From: a bacterium
GTDB lineage: Bacteria; Margulisbacteria; Marinamargulisbacteria; GCA-2716485; JAYNIM01
Assembly: GCA_038109055.1 (NCBI GenBank)
Contig: JAYNIM010000001.1
Coordinates: forward strand, 49,270-70,944
Direction: 5' to 3'
Length of the DNA: 21,675 bases
Shown here: one piece after another, positions 7,378 through 15,988 of the stretch
How the letters are laid out: every line of letters starts with the position of its first letter
Numbering within the stretch: position 1 is the first letter of the stretch
Position numbers and translations under genes: made by a program
Notes under the pieces: model-generated
The model's input: only the letters and a program-made list of their open reading frames with translations
The model's database searches: none
What the model was told of the DNA's origin: nothing

Positions 7378-8019
7378 ATGGATATTTTAAGTCTGTTTTG
7401 GCTTAATGGGGGCTTGCTTTTGTCTGCGCTTGTAGCTGCGTTGACCTGGCTAGTGTTCTTGTATTGTTATTCTTTCCCTTTAGTATTGCGGCGTTTGATG
7501 TTGGTATTGTTGGTGTTTTTTAGTTTTTCTTTTCATGCCTTATCGTATTTTTCGCATATTTTGAGTCAGGAGGCCTGTGTTCAGCTTGTATCGGCTGTGT
7601 TGATTGCCTTGGCTATTTTTTATATGGCTTTGTTGCGCATTCAGTCACCTGCATTGCCTGTGTCCTTTGTCTTTGTGTTGTCGCTGTTTTTTTCACTGTT
7701 GATTGGTTGTTCGTTATGGCCTTTGTGGGGTATGTTACTTGGTTCCTGGCTATTGTGTATGTTGTTGTGGCGGCGTTTTTCCGGCTCTTTGTCTCGATCG
7801 ACTCATTATCACATTGTTTTAGACTTTTATTCACCGGATGTATTACCGCAATTAGATGAGATTATTCACTCTTTTGGTTTGGTTGTGTTGAGTCGTGATT
7901 TGTTGCGTAAAAAGAAACTTCAATTGTCCTTAACATATGAAACGACAGCATTGGTTCAGCATCTTTTTATTAAACGTTTATGCTCGCTTAAGGGTGTGAC
8001 GTATTTGTATAAGTCGTGA
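7378..8019 (+). CDS. Integral membrane protein with MgtC/SapB-like architecture (about 4-5 TM helices plus a C-terminal ACT-like domain), highly divergent
   Basis: Hydrophobic N-terminal ~130 aa, then a ~75-aa soluble domain with a beta-alpha-beta-beta-alpha-beta-like pattern ending 'LCSLKGV'. Canonical MgtC motifs are not intact, so the family call is tentative. Confidence 0.5.
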   Translation: MDILSLFWLNGGLLLSALVAALTWLVFLYCYSFPLVLRRLMLVLLVFFSFSFHALSYFSHILSQEACVQLVSAVLIALAIFYMALLRIQSPALPVSFVFVLSLFFSLLIGCSLWPLWGMLLGSWLLCMLLWRRFSGSLSRSTHYHIVLDFYSPDVLPQLDEIIHSFGLVVLSRDLLRKKKLQLSLTYETTALVQHLFIKRLCSLKGVTYLYKS

Positions 8020-8033
8020 TATGAGGAGGTGTT

Positions 8034-9005
8034 ATGTATAAACTAGCATTTTCCTGTGGAGATCCATCGGGTATTGGAATCGAGGTTATCTTAAAGGCCT
8101 TGAAATTATTCCCAAAACCTTGGCCTTTTGTGCCTGTTTTATTTGGCTCTAAGAACCTGTTTGATTTAGCGTATGTACAAGAGTTACTTAAAGAGTTAGA
8201 AGTGGAGGACTATGATTCGGATCATTGTCAGAAAGATAGGGTTTATCTTGTTTCTGTATCAGAGTCGGAAATCTTCCAATTGGGATGTTCTAAGGCCGTA
8301 TATGGACAGGCGTCCTTGGATTTTTTAACTGCTGCGTCTAAGGCAGTGATGGCTGGGGATTGTCAGGCTTTAGTGACGGCGCCAATTAATAAAGAATCCT
8401 GGCATTTGGCAGGGATACCCTTTTCGGGTCATACGGATTTTTTAAAGGATTTTTGTCAGGTGGACCATGTCACGATGGCTTTTTATTCAGCTCGTTTGTC
8501 GTTGGTGTTAGCGACTATTCATTGCTCGTTAATGTCTGTGGCTAAGTGTCTTTCTGATCCAGTATTGCTTGAACGGACACTTACTCACGCTATTGAGTTT
8601 TGTCGGGGATTTTGTTCTTCTAAGCCACGTATTGCTGTAGCAGGCTTAAATCCGCATGCTGGTGAATCTGGATTATTTGGTTCTGAGGAAATTGAATTGA
8701 TTCACCCTTTTGTGGATTCTTGTAAAGATAGTGCAGCGATTGTGTCAGGGCCTCATTCGCCTGATACGGTGTTTTTGCATACTGTTCAAGGACAGTTTGA
8801 TTGTGTTTTGGCCTTGTATCATGATCAAGGGTTGATTCCTTTGAAATTATTGGCTTTTGATGAAGCGGTTAATGTGACTTTGGGATTGCCTTTTTTGCGT
8901 TGTTCACCCGATCATGGCACGGCCTTTGATATAGCCGGGCAGGATAAGGCGAACCCGTCATCGATGTTAGCTGCTATTAGATATGCCATAAAGGCATTAG
9001 GGTAA
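8034..9005 (+). CDS. pdxA: 4-hydroxythreonine-4-phosphate dehydrogenase
   Basis: 'GDPSGIG.E', 'TAPINK', 'GHTDFL', 'TIH', 'GLNPHAGE', 'YHDQGLIPLK', 'VNVTLGLPF.R.SPDHGTAFDIAG'. GAGGAGG Shine-Dalgarno. Confidence 0.96.
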   Translation: MYKLAFSCGDPSGIGIEVILKALKLFPKPWPFVPVLFGSKNLFDLAYVQELLKELEVEDYDSDHCQKDRVYLVSVSESEIFQLGCSKAVYGQASLDFLTAASKAVMAGDCQALVTAPINKESWHLAGIPFSGHTDFLKDFCQVDHVTMAFYSARLSLVLATIHCSLMSVAKCLSDPVLLERTLTHAIEFCRGFCSSKPRIAVAGLNPHAGESGLFGSEEIELIHPFVDSCKDSAAIVSGPHSPDTVFLHTVQGQFDCVLALYHDQGLIPLKLLAFDEAVNVTLGLPFLRCSPDHGTAFDIAGQDKANPSSMLAAIRYAIKALG

Positions 9006-9811
9006 TGGGCGTTCGGTATGGACAGGTTTTTTTAAAAGATCAGAATATTATTGACAAGATTTTAGCTTCACTTTCCAGTGATCATGTTTCGGAGATCCTT
9101 GAGATTGGATGTGGGGAGGGAATTTTAACAGAAGCCTTGTTGACGCGTTGTGATCGGTTGCATGTGATTGAAATTGATGCCGCCTGTATTCAGGCAACTA
9201 AGGCTCGTTTGGGAGATCTTTGTGAGCGGGTGACTTTTCATCATCAGGATGTCTTAACGAGTCAATTGAGTGATGTTTGTCAAAAACCTCTACCGATTGT
9301 GGCGAATGTGCCGTATTATTTGTCCGCTAAATTGATTAAGTGGATGGCGAAACAGCGGGATTTGTTGCAGGAATCTGTGTTGATGTTTCAGTTAGAAGTT
9401 GTGGATAAGTTTTGTGCGAAGGCCGGGCAGGATTTGTATACGTCTTTGTCTGTTTTTACTCAGTTTTATTTTGAGGTTTTGAAATTATTTAACGTCTCTC
9501 GGCATTGTTTTCGACCTGTTCCAAATGTCGAGTCGGCCGTGCTGCGTATTGTGCCTCGTGTCAGTTTGGCGGATGTAGATAGATCTGTTTTTTTTGCTAT
9601 GGTTCGATCATGTTTTTGGGCACGGCGTAAAATGTTGAAACGTGCATTGCTAGATTCGCCTTATCTTTCATTGGACCCTTCATTTGTGAAAGAGGATGGC
9701 TTTGATGTGTTTTCTAAAAAGCGGGGGGAAGTCTTGGAGATGGGTGCTTTTTTGAGACTTTATGAGGTGATTAAGTCCTTTGTTGTGTCTGTGAGTAGTG
9801 ACGTTTCGTGA
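9005..9811 (+). CDS. rsmA: 16S rRNA (adenine1518/1519-N6)-dimethyltransferase KsgA
   Basis: 'GQVFL.D', SAM motif 'EIGCGEG', 'IEID', 'VANVPY', 'MFQ.EV', 'F.PVPNVES', 'RRKML'. TAATG overlap with pdxA, matching the conserved pdxA-ksgA order. Confidence 0.95.
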   Translation: MGVRYGQVFLKDQNIIDKILASLSSDHVSEILEIGCGEGILTEALLTRCDRLHVIEIDAACIQATKARLGDLCERVTFHHQDVLTSQLSDVCQKPLPIVANVPYYLSAKLIKWMAKQRDLLQESVLMFQLEVVDKFCAKAGQDLYTSLSVFTQFYFEVLKLFNVSRHCFRPVPNVESAVLRIVPRVSLADVDRSVFFAMVRSCFWARRKMLKRALLDSPYLSLDPSFVKEDGFDVFSKKRGEVLEMGAFLRLYEVIKSFVVSVSSDVS

Positions 9812-9943
9812 TGTATGAAATTGGATCTATGCATTAACTGGGTTTACATTACTCTTTATTTCAGTTAAATTTTGTAAAAATAATTTACTTTTTAAGCGAA
9901 GTATTTATATTTGTATTTATTTTATAGGGTGTATTTGTAAAAA

Positions 9944-11770
9944 ATGGTTAATGAGTCTTCTATGGTGTCACGTCTGGGTTTATCTCTCTCTGATACATGG
10001 AAAATGGCACATGGCTTTACTGCTGCTGTCGCTCTTTCGGGCAAACAATTTATCGATTTGCGGTGTGATAATTTTGTAAATGGAGAACCACATAATGATT
10101 GTGTTTATTTTGATTCTAAATTTTTATTTTATCCTTTTTTTGCTTTGTCTTCTTTGTCTATTATGTATGCTGTTTCTTCATCTTTTAAACTTGATAAGGG
10201 AGAAAAGCTCGAAGACGATGTTTTTTTGTCGAGCGTTGTTGAAAATAATAAAGTTAAAGACTTCTCTGCTAATGTTTTTTGTAAGTCTAGTTTTTTGTTT
10301 TTGTATTTTAACTCATATGTTAAAGGGGCTACTCCAGGTACTGTAGTTTCTGTTTTACGTGTTTTTTCCCGAGTTTGTTTGTTTTTATGTTTTGTTTCTA
10401 CTCTAGGAGTTGCATGTTCTAGAATTCAAGGATCACGATTTAAATCTAATATTAAAGAGAAAGTAGTAAACGTTTCTGATTTTATGAAAATGGAGTTAGA
10501 TCTGACTGTTAAACAGGAACTTGATGCCTCATTGCGTATGTGGGGGAGTGTTTATATGGCTTTTGCATCCATAATACCTGATCGGTCTAAAAGGTTCGTT
10601 TCTATTGAAAATAATGGTGTAATTTTAGCTGCCATGCTTCTCTTTAATAGTTATTTAGCAATTTTTCAGTTTTCTTGTGCCTTTAAAGGCTATAAACTTA
10701 CTTCGGAGCTTTCGGAGGCTAATGGTCTAGGCTGTCATCTTTTTTTAAGAGAATTAAATCATAAGTATTCTAAGTCTATTTCTGAGTTAGGAAAACCTGA
10801 TATGAAAAAATTAGCTTTTATATTTATTTTGGCTCTATTCCCTAACAGCATTCAATCTTTGATAAATGAAGATCAGTTATTTCAATTTGCGTGTTTTTGC
10901 ATTTATTATCAACTTTTAGGGTGTAGTTATTCTTTTGTGTTTAAACACCTTGGGTTTAGATATATAGCGTCTCAATCTGAAAAACAATTTAATGATTATG
11001 TATGTAAAACAGATGATTTTTATGAAGAATATTTAAAAGAATTAGATACGCTTCATGTTTATTTCTGTGATAATGAAAATATATCTGCAAGACAAGGTGA
11101 TCTACCTGAAATTGCCACTGACCATGTTTGTTCTGAGACCATTCACAACGATTCACAATTATTATTAACTGATCAGAGGGCTGATTTAGGAGATAGATTT
11201 TCTGGAGATAATGTTTCTGGAGATAATCATTCTACTAGTAAAAGTGGTGGTGACTTAAGCGTAGCTAGAAAAAAACCTGGAAAAAAACATGGAGATAAAA
11301 GATCCAAAGGGGCGTTTAGGCCAGCATCAGTGCACAGACGTGAAGGTGTAGTGTCAACGTTAGAAGGTCGATCTTGTGCTGGGCAAGTTGAATTACTAGA
11401 AGCGTTTAAGGGGTTGTTGTCTCCAGAATTTATTACGAATAATTTGTTGGTGGGCCCTTTATACTATGGTGATAATCCAGTTCCTCATTTTGTATCTGTT
11501 GATAAAGATTTATGGTGTAAATATTACATAATTGACCATTTTAATGCTATAAGTTTTGCTAAAAAATGGGGCGACGCAGGTTTGAAATATCAAAAGGAAT
11601 ATAAAGTATTTGTTTATAAAAACTATGAAAGAGATTATAAGCAGCTAAGAGTTATTGGGCTAAAGCTTCGAGGTTCAGAAAATTTGCAAGTATTGCCAAA
11701 TGGACAAAGATATATGCATTTTCCTCTTGAACATTTAGAAACAGATATTTGTAAGCGTTTAAAAAAATAA
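9944..11770 (+). CDS. Hypothetical 608-aa protein: multi-TM N-terminal half, low-complexity/basic linker, soluble C-terminal domain
   Basis: Long open frame in visibly AT-richer DNA; several hydrophobic segments in roughly aa 55-335; no recognised family motif. Confidence 0.75.
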   Translation: MVNESSMVSRLGLSLSDTWKMAHGFTAAVALSGKQFIDLRCDNFVNGEPHNDCVYFDSKFLFYPFFALSSLSIMYAVSSSFKLDKGEKLEDDVFLSSVVENNKVKDFSANVFCKSSFLFLYFNSYVKGATPGTVVSVLRVFSRVCLFLCFVSTLGVACSRIQGSRFKSNIKEKVVNVSDFMKMELDLTVKQELDASLRMWGSVYMAFASIIPDRSKRFVSIENNGVILAAMLLFNSYLAIFQFSCAFKGYKLTSELSEANGLGCHLFLRELNHKYSKSISELGKPDMKKLAFIFILALFPNSIQSLINEDQLFQFACFCIYYQLLGCSYSFVFKHLGFRYIASQSEKQFNDYVCKTDDFYEEYLKELDTLHVYFCDNENISARQGDLPEIATDHVCSETIHNDSQLLLTDQRADLGDRFSGDNVSGDNHSTSKSGGDLSVARKKPGKKHGDKRSKGAFRPASVHRREGVVSTLEGRSCAGQVELLEAFKGLLSPEFITNNLLVGPLYYGDNPVPHFVSVDKDLWCKYYIIDHFNAISFAKKWGDAGLKYQKEYKVFVYKNYERDYKQLRVIGLKLRGSENLQVLPNGQRYMHFPLEHLETDICKRLKK

Positions 11771-11935
11771 TAGTTAACCATAGATAGTGGTGTATTTATC
11801 TATGTAGCGTGTTTTTTTAATTTGTTTGAGGATTATCTTTGTTTTATATAAAGATAAAGGGTGATATTAAGGGGGTATTTGATTTTGTGGTAGGTGGCGG
11901 GTGTTTAAGTTAGTATCTCTATTAGCTTTTTTTCG

Positions 11936-11944
11936 TGATACACT
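11936..11944 (+). promoter_or_regulatory. Extended -10 element (TGn-TACACT), 6 nt before the ATG at 11951
   Basis: tga-tacact-ttcttt-ATG; no Shine-Dalgarno. Confidence 0.5.
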
Positions 11945-11950
11945 TTCTTT

Positions 11951-12766
11951 ATGTGGAAGTTTTTTTGTTTTATTATTGGGGTTTACCTTTGTTTGAACAC
12001 TGTTGTTTTAGCAACGAACAATATCCTTTATTTATGTATAGAGGGAGTGAGCCGAGAGACGTTTTTTGCCCTGCTTTATAAGGATCGTTTACCGTCTATT
12101 AAGGCGTTGATCGGGGAGGGGAATTTTAGGCGGATGACGGCGAATGGGTCCTTGGATAAAGTGGCTCGTTATCAGGATTTGTTACTTGATTATGCGGATT
12201 CTTTGAATGATGAGGCTAGTGATTCTAATTTTACATTATTTGATTTGGTGAAACAGGTGGCACCTGAATGCCGGACAATGTTGTTGTTAAGTCGTGCTTC
12301 TGAGCAGGAACAGGCCTTGTTGCCTTCATTGAACGTGGGATTGGCGAATATTGATGTTTTGGGGGATGAACGTTATCGGTCGCCTAGTGATATTAGTAAT
12401 GAGATACGTGCATTTATTGATCAGTCGGAGACGCCTTTCGTAGTGATGGCTAATTTTCCCTCCCCAGCATATATTGGGCATCATTTTAGAGAGGGGTGTC
12501 AGCGCTATTCTGACGTGATACGACGCTGTGATCGTGCGTTGGGGGCTTTGTATCGGTATCTCCGTAATAAACAACTTTTGGAGAATACTCTTATTGTGAT
12601 AACCACGGATTATGCCTTTAAAGCTAAAACTGCGCAACTTTCTTCAAAGGTGTGGATTGCCGCGTCTAAAAAGGTATATCGGGAGGAGAATCAACGCTGG
12701 ATTGTGGCGTCTTTGGGGGCTGTGTTTGGTGAGAAAGATTTTAAGACTAACTTGTTTTTGCCGTAA
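11951..12766 (+). CDS. Exported alkaline-phosphatase-superfamily (NPP/phosphodiesterase-like) protein with degenerate metal ligands
   Basis: Signal peptide; 'ILYLCIEGVSR' (cf. I.IDG.R); 'LPSIKALIGEG'; 'PAYIGHHF' (cf. PD..GH.YG); 'Y...IRRCDRALG.L...L....LLENTLIVITTDY' (cf. TLIIVTSDHG). Confidence 0.75.
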   Translation: MWKFFCFIIGVYLCLNTVVLATNNILYLCIEGVSRETFFALLYKDRLPSIKALIGEGNFRRMTANGSLDKVARYQDLLLDYADSLNDEASDSNFTLFDLVKQVAPECRTMLLLSRASEQEQALLPSLNVGLANIDVLGDERYRSPSDISNEIRAFIDQSETPFVVMANFPSPAYIGHHFREGCQRYSDVIRRCDRALGALYRYLRNKQLLENTLIVITTDYAFKAKTAQLSSKVWIAASKKVYREENQRWIVASLGAVFGEKDFKTNLFLP

Positions 12767-12811
12767 TTGTTGAGATTGTCTTAGGGTGTTTTAGAGATTA
12801 TTCGATTTTTC

Positions 12812-12840
12812 TTGAGTTTTTTTAAAAGATTTATTAGAGT
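12812..12840 (+). promoter_or_regulatory. Candidate sigma70 promoter TTGAGT-17-TAGAGT, 6 nt before the ATG at 12847
   Basis: Hexamers at 12812-12817 and 12835-12840; no Shine-Dalgarno. Confidence 0.5.
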
Positions 12841-12846
12841 ATTTTG

Positions 12847-15099
12847 ATGTTTGATGAAATCCTTATTAATAATTTTTATAAACGTTATAAAACGGCTTTG
12901 TCTCAGGTTAGGCAAGTTGTTACTAAACCCTTAACATTAACCGAAAAATTACTTTATGTTCATACCAGCGATCCTTGTGAGAAGCCTTTCCTTCGAGGAA
13001 AAGATTATGTGACTTTTCATCCTGATCGTGTTGCGATGCAGGATGCGACGGCTCAGATGGCACTTTTGCAGTTTTTACAAGCAGGGCAAGCCAAGGTTGC
13101 TGTTCCGGCAAGTGTGCATTGTGATCATTTGATTCAAGCAGAATTAGGCGCTGAAAAAGATGTTATTCAGGCCAGTAAGGTGAATAAAGAGGTTTATGAT
13201 TTTTTAGAGTCAGTTTCTCGTAAATATGGGATTGGTTTTTGGAAGCCAGGCGCAGGGATTATTCATCAAGTAGTCTTGGAGAATTATGCTTTCCCTGGGG
13301 GCATGATGGTTGGAACAGATTCTCATACCGTTAATGCAGGTGGTTTGGGCATGATTGCGATTGGGGTTGGGGGTGCCGATGCGGTGGATGTCTTGGTTGG
13401 AGAACCCTGGGAGTTGAAGTTTCCAAAGGTTATTGGAGTACATTTAACTGGTTCGTTGAGTGGCTGGACATCGTCGAAAGATATTATTTTATATTTAGCT
13501 GGATTGTTGACGGTGAAGGGCGGGACAGGTGCGATTGTCGAATATTTTGGGGAAGGGGCTGAGTCTTTATCCTGTACTGGAAAGGGGACTATCTGTAACA
13601 TGGGTGCTGAGATTGGGGCCACGACCTCTATTTTTCCCTATGATCGTTCTATGTCAGCTTATTTGCGTGCGACTGATCGTTCAATGGTGGCGGATTATGC
13701 CGATGATATGATGTCGGACTTGGGGCCTGATCAAGCTGTTTTGGATGATCCTGAGGCGTATTATGATCAGGTTATACATATAGACTTATCTACGTTAGAA
13801 CCGCATGTTAATGGTCCATTTACGCCTGATAAAGCCTGGCCTCTTTCTAAATTTGCTAAAGCGGTTAAAGACAATAATTATCCCGTGAAGTTAGAGGTAG
13901 GGCTTATTGGATCGTGTACAAATTCTTCTTATGAAGATATTTCACGATCAGCTTCTATTGCAAGACAAGCCAGAGATAAACAGTTAAAGGCGAAGTCAGA
14001 ATTTACTATTACGCCAGGTTCTGAGTTAGTTAGAGCAACTGTTGATAGAGATGGATTATTGGATGATTTGGGTAACATCGGTGGGTTGGTTTTGGCCAAT
14101 GCTTGTGGCCCTTGTATTGGCCAATGGAAGCGACATGCTGAACAAGGTAAGCCAAATTCAATTATTACCTCTTTTAATCGAAATTTTGCCAAGCGTAATG
14201 ATGGGAATCCCAATACGCATGCATTTGTTGCATCCCCAGAGTTAGTAACGGCTTTTGTTTTAGCAGGTCGTTTAGATTTTAATCCACTTACAGATACGCT
14301 AGAAAATGCGAAGGGGCAGCAGGTGAAGTTGGATCCCCCCAAAGGAGAGGCCTTTTCTAAAGATGGCTTTACTGTGTCTGATTTAGGGTATTTAGCGCCA
14401 GAAGAAGACGGCGCTGAAATTGAGATTGCTGTTTCTGAATCATCTGAGCGTTTGCAGTTGCTTCCAGAATATGAAAAAAATACAGTGGATCGTTTTTCTG
14501 GATTACGTTTGTTGATCAAGGTTAAGGGTAAGTGTACAACGGATCATATATCGATGGCAGGACCCTGGTTAAAATTTAGAGGTCATTTGGCGAATATTTC
14601 TAAAAATATGTTTTTGGGTGCAATAAATTTTTTTAATGATAAGGCAAATGAAGTTTATAACCTTGAGCAAAATAGCTATCTCCCTATTTATGATAGTGCT
14701 TTGGCCTATAAAGAAGCGGGGATTGGAACACTTGTGGTTGGGGATGAGAATTATGGTGAAGGGTCCTCGCGAGAACATGCGGCTATGGAACCACGGTTTA
14801 TGGGTGTTAAAGTCGTTATTTGCCGGTCGTTTGCTAGGATTCATGAAAGTAATTTGAAAAAACAAGGTGTGTTGGCCTTTTGTTTTGCAAATCCAGATGA
14901 TTATGCAAAAATTTTGGAACGAGATATTTTTGATATTAAGGGTTTAGACTCATTCTCTTCTGATTCTAAAATTTCCTTAAATGTCCTTCATGAAGATGGG
15001 ACTACGGACATTATTGAGTTGTTTCATACATATAATGATACTCAAATAGCTTGGTTTAAGGCTGGATCAGCCCTTTCCCTGATAAAGCAGTCAACATAA
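12847..15099 (+). CDS. acnA: Aconitate hydratase, mitochondrial-type
   Basis: '[17 protein letters not shown]', 'HCDHLI', 'GTDSHT', [4Fe-4S] ligands 'IGSCTNSS' and '[11 protein letters not shown]', 'FNRNF', 'TTDHIS.AGPWL.FRGHL', '[10 protein letters not shown]'. About 750 aa. The ATG at 12847 is preferred over the TTG at 12844. Confidence 0.95.
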   Translation: MFDEILINNFYKRYKTALSQVRQVVTKPLTLTEKLLYVHTSDPCEKPFLRGKDYVTFHPDRVAMQDATAQMALLQFLQAGQAKVAVPASVHCDHLIQAELGAEKDVIQASKVNKEVYDFLESVSRKYGIGFWKPGAGIIHQVVLENYAFPGGMMVGTDSHTVNAGGLGMIAIGVGGADAVDVLVGEPWELKFPKVIGVHLTGSLSGWTSSKDIILYLAGLLTVKGGTGAIVEYFGEGAESLSCTGKGTICNMGAEIGATTSIFPYDRSMSAYLRATDRSMVADYADDMMSDLGPDQAVLDDPEAYYDQVIHIDLSTLEPHVNGPFTPDKAWPLSKFAKAVKDNNYPVKLEVGLIGSCTNSSYEDISRSASIARQARDKQLKAKSEFTITPGSELVRATVDRDGLLDDLGNIGGLVLANACGPCIGQWKRHAEQGKPNSIITSFNRNFAKRNDGNPNTHAFVASPELVTAFVLAGRLDFNPLTDTLENAKGQQVKLDPPKGEAFSKDGFTVSDLGYLAPEEDGAEIEIAVSESSERLQLLPEYEKNTVDRFSGLRLLIKVKGKCTTDHISMAGPWLKFRGHLANISKNMFLGAINFFNDKANEVYNLEQNSYLPIYDSALAYKEAGIGTLVVGDENYGEGSSREHAAMEPRFMGVKVVICRSFARIHESNLKKQGVLAFCFANPDDYAKILERDIFDIKGLDSFSSDSKISLNVLHEDGTTDIIELFHTYNDTQIAWFKAGSALSLIKQST

Positions 15100-15113
15100 T
15101 TTTTTTTAATTAT

Positions 15114-15371
15114 TTACGCTTTTGTTTTGATGAGTTCTTGAAAAATAATTTTGTGAAAGGTATTGATACAGTCTAAAAGTGTTTTGGGTTTGAGTGATAG
15201 TGATATCAATTCATTTTCGCTTTCAAATTTATATTGATTGTTTTGTTTGATGATTTTTATATTGTTTTTTGAATTTAAATTTTGTCCTGAATTTTTGTTC
15301 CAGTTTGTTACGTTGGTACAATCTAAAAAGAAGCGGACATCTTCTTTTGTAAAAAGTTTATTTTTTTTCAT
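15114..15371 (-). CDS. Hypothetical protein, 85 aa
   Basis: Fills the gap between acnA and hsp20; AAGAGG and TATAGT upstream; no motif recognised. Confidence 0.6.
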   Translation of the reverse strand: MKKNKLFTKEDVRFFLDCTNVTNWNKNSGQNLNSKNNIKIIKQNNQYKFESENELISLSLKPKTLLDCINTFHKIIFQELIKTKA

Positions 15372-15435
15372 AGTTGGGGTAACCTCTTACTATAGTTATC
15401 GTTAGGGGGGTATGAAAAATTTCATTTTTTTTATT

Positions 15436-15458
15436 TAAGGCGCCATTTAGGCGCCTTA
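15436..15458. terminator. GC-rich stem-loop (9-bp stem, 5-nt loop) just after the hsp20 stop
   Basis: taaggcgcc-attta-ggcgcctta; the T-rich tail follows on the + strand only. Confidence 0.5.
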
Positions 15459-15466
15459 TGTTTTGT

Positions 15467-15859
15467 TTATTTTATTTTTATTATTTTATTTTCCTCTTTT
15501 TTTACTTTTCTTATAGTTATTTTTAAAATTTCATTTTCAAATGATGCATCAATATTTTCTGGGTTTAGGTAACCAATGTTTAGGGATCTTTCACATGTTC
15601 TATGTGTTGTGAATTCTTCTAAAAGGTACTTTTTATCGGGTGTTTCTTTTTTTGTACTTGCACTTATGTGTAGATAAGGTGCATTATTTGTTATAGTGAT
15701 CTCATCTTTTTTGAACCCTTGGCAATTAGCTTTTATAATATAGTCTTTTTCTGTTTCTTCTATATTTATTGTTAGTTTGTTGCTGGGTTTATTTTGAAAC
15801 ATCCAGTTAATTATATCCTCCTCTAATGATGTGTGGTTTTTAATTTGTGTCATATACAT
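15467..15859 (-). CDS. Small heat-shock protein (Hsp20/alpha-crystallin family)
   Basis: 'INIEETEKDYIIKA..GFKKDEITI..LHISA..YLLEEF...ERS....ENIDASFENEILKITI.K'. Strong AGGAGG Shine-Dalgarno. Confidence 0.9.
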   Translation of the reverse strand: MYMTQIKNHTSLEEDIINWMFQNKPSNKLTINIEETEKDYIIKANCQGFKKDEITITNNAPYLHISASTKKETPDKKYLLEEFTTHRTCERSLNIGYLNPENIDASFENEILKITIRKVKKEENKIIKIK

Positions 15860-15905
15860 AATGACCTCCTTTTTTTTTTCAGCATCGTTTGCTGTGTTTT
15901 ACTAT

Positions 15906-15922
15906 TTCACTTTTTGTGCCAA
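15906..15922 (-). promoter_or_regulatory. Possible sigma54 (-24/-12) promoter for hsp20
   Basis: Minus strand reads TTGGCACAAAAAGTGAA against the consensus YTGGCACNNNNNTTGCW: the -24 box is perfect, the -12 box imperfect. Confidence 0.3.
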
Positions 15923-15953
15923 GTATGTCTGTATAAAAAATGGACACTTTTTA

Positions 15954-15982
15954 TTGACTTTTCTTTTGCTTAGCGTCATTCT
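15954..15982 (+). promoter_or_regulatory. Candidate sigma70 promoter TTGACT-17-CATTCT, 6 nt before the ATG at 15989
   Basis: Hexamers at 15954-15959 and 15977-15982; no Shine-Dalgarno. Confidence 0.45.
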
Positions 15983-15988
15983 AAGTTG

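Noticed and set aside
12923..14865. Multiple short ORFs overlapping the aconitase gene
   Set aside because: Antisense or alternate-frame shadows of a highly conserved gene.
15860..15988. CIRCE element or ROSE thermometer for hsp20
   Set aside because: No TTAGCACTC-N9-GAGTGCTAA, and no stem that pairs with the Shine-Dalgarno.
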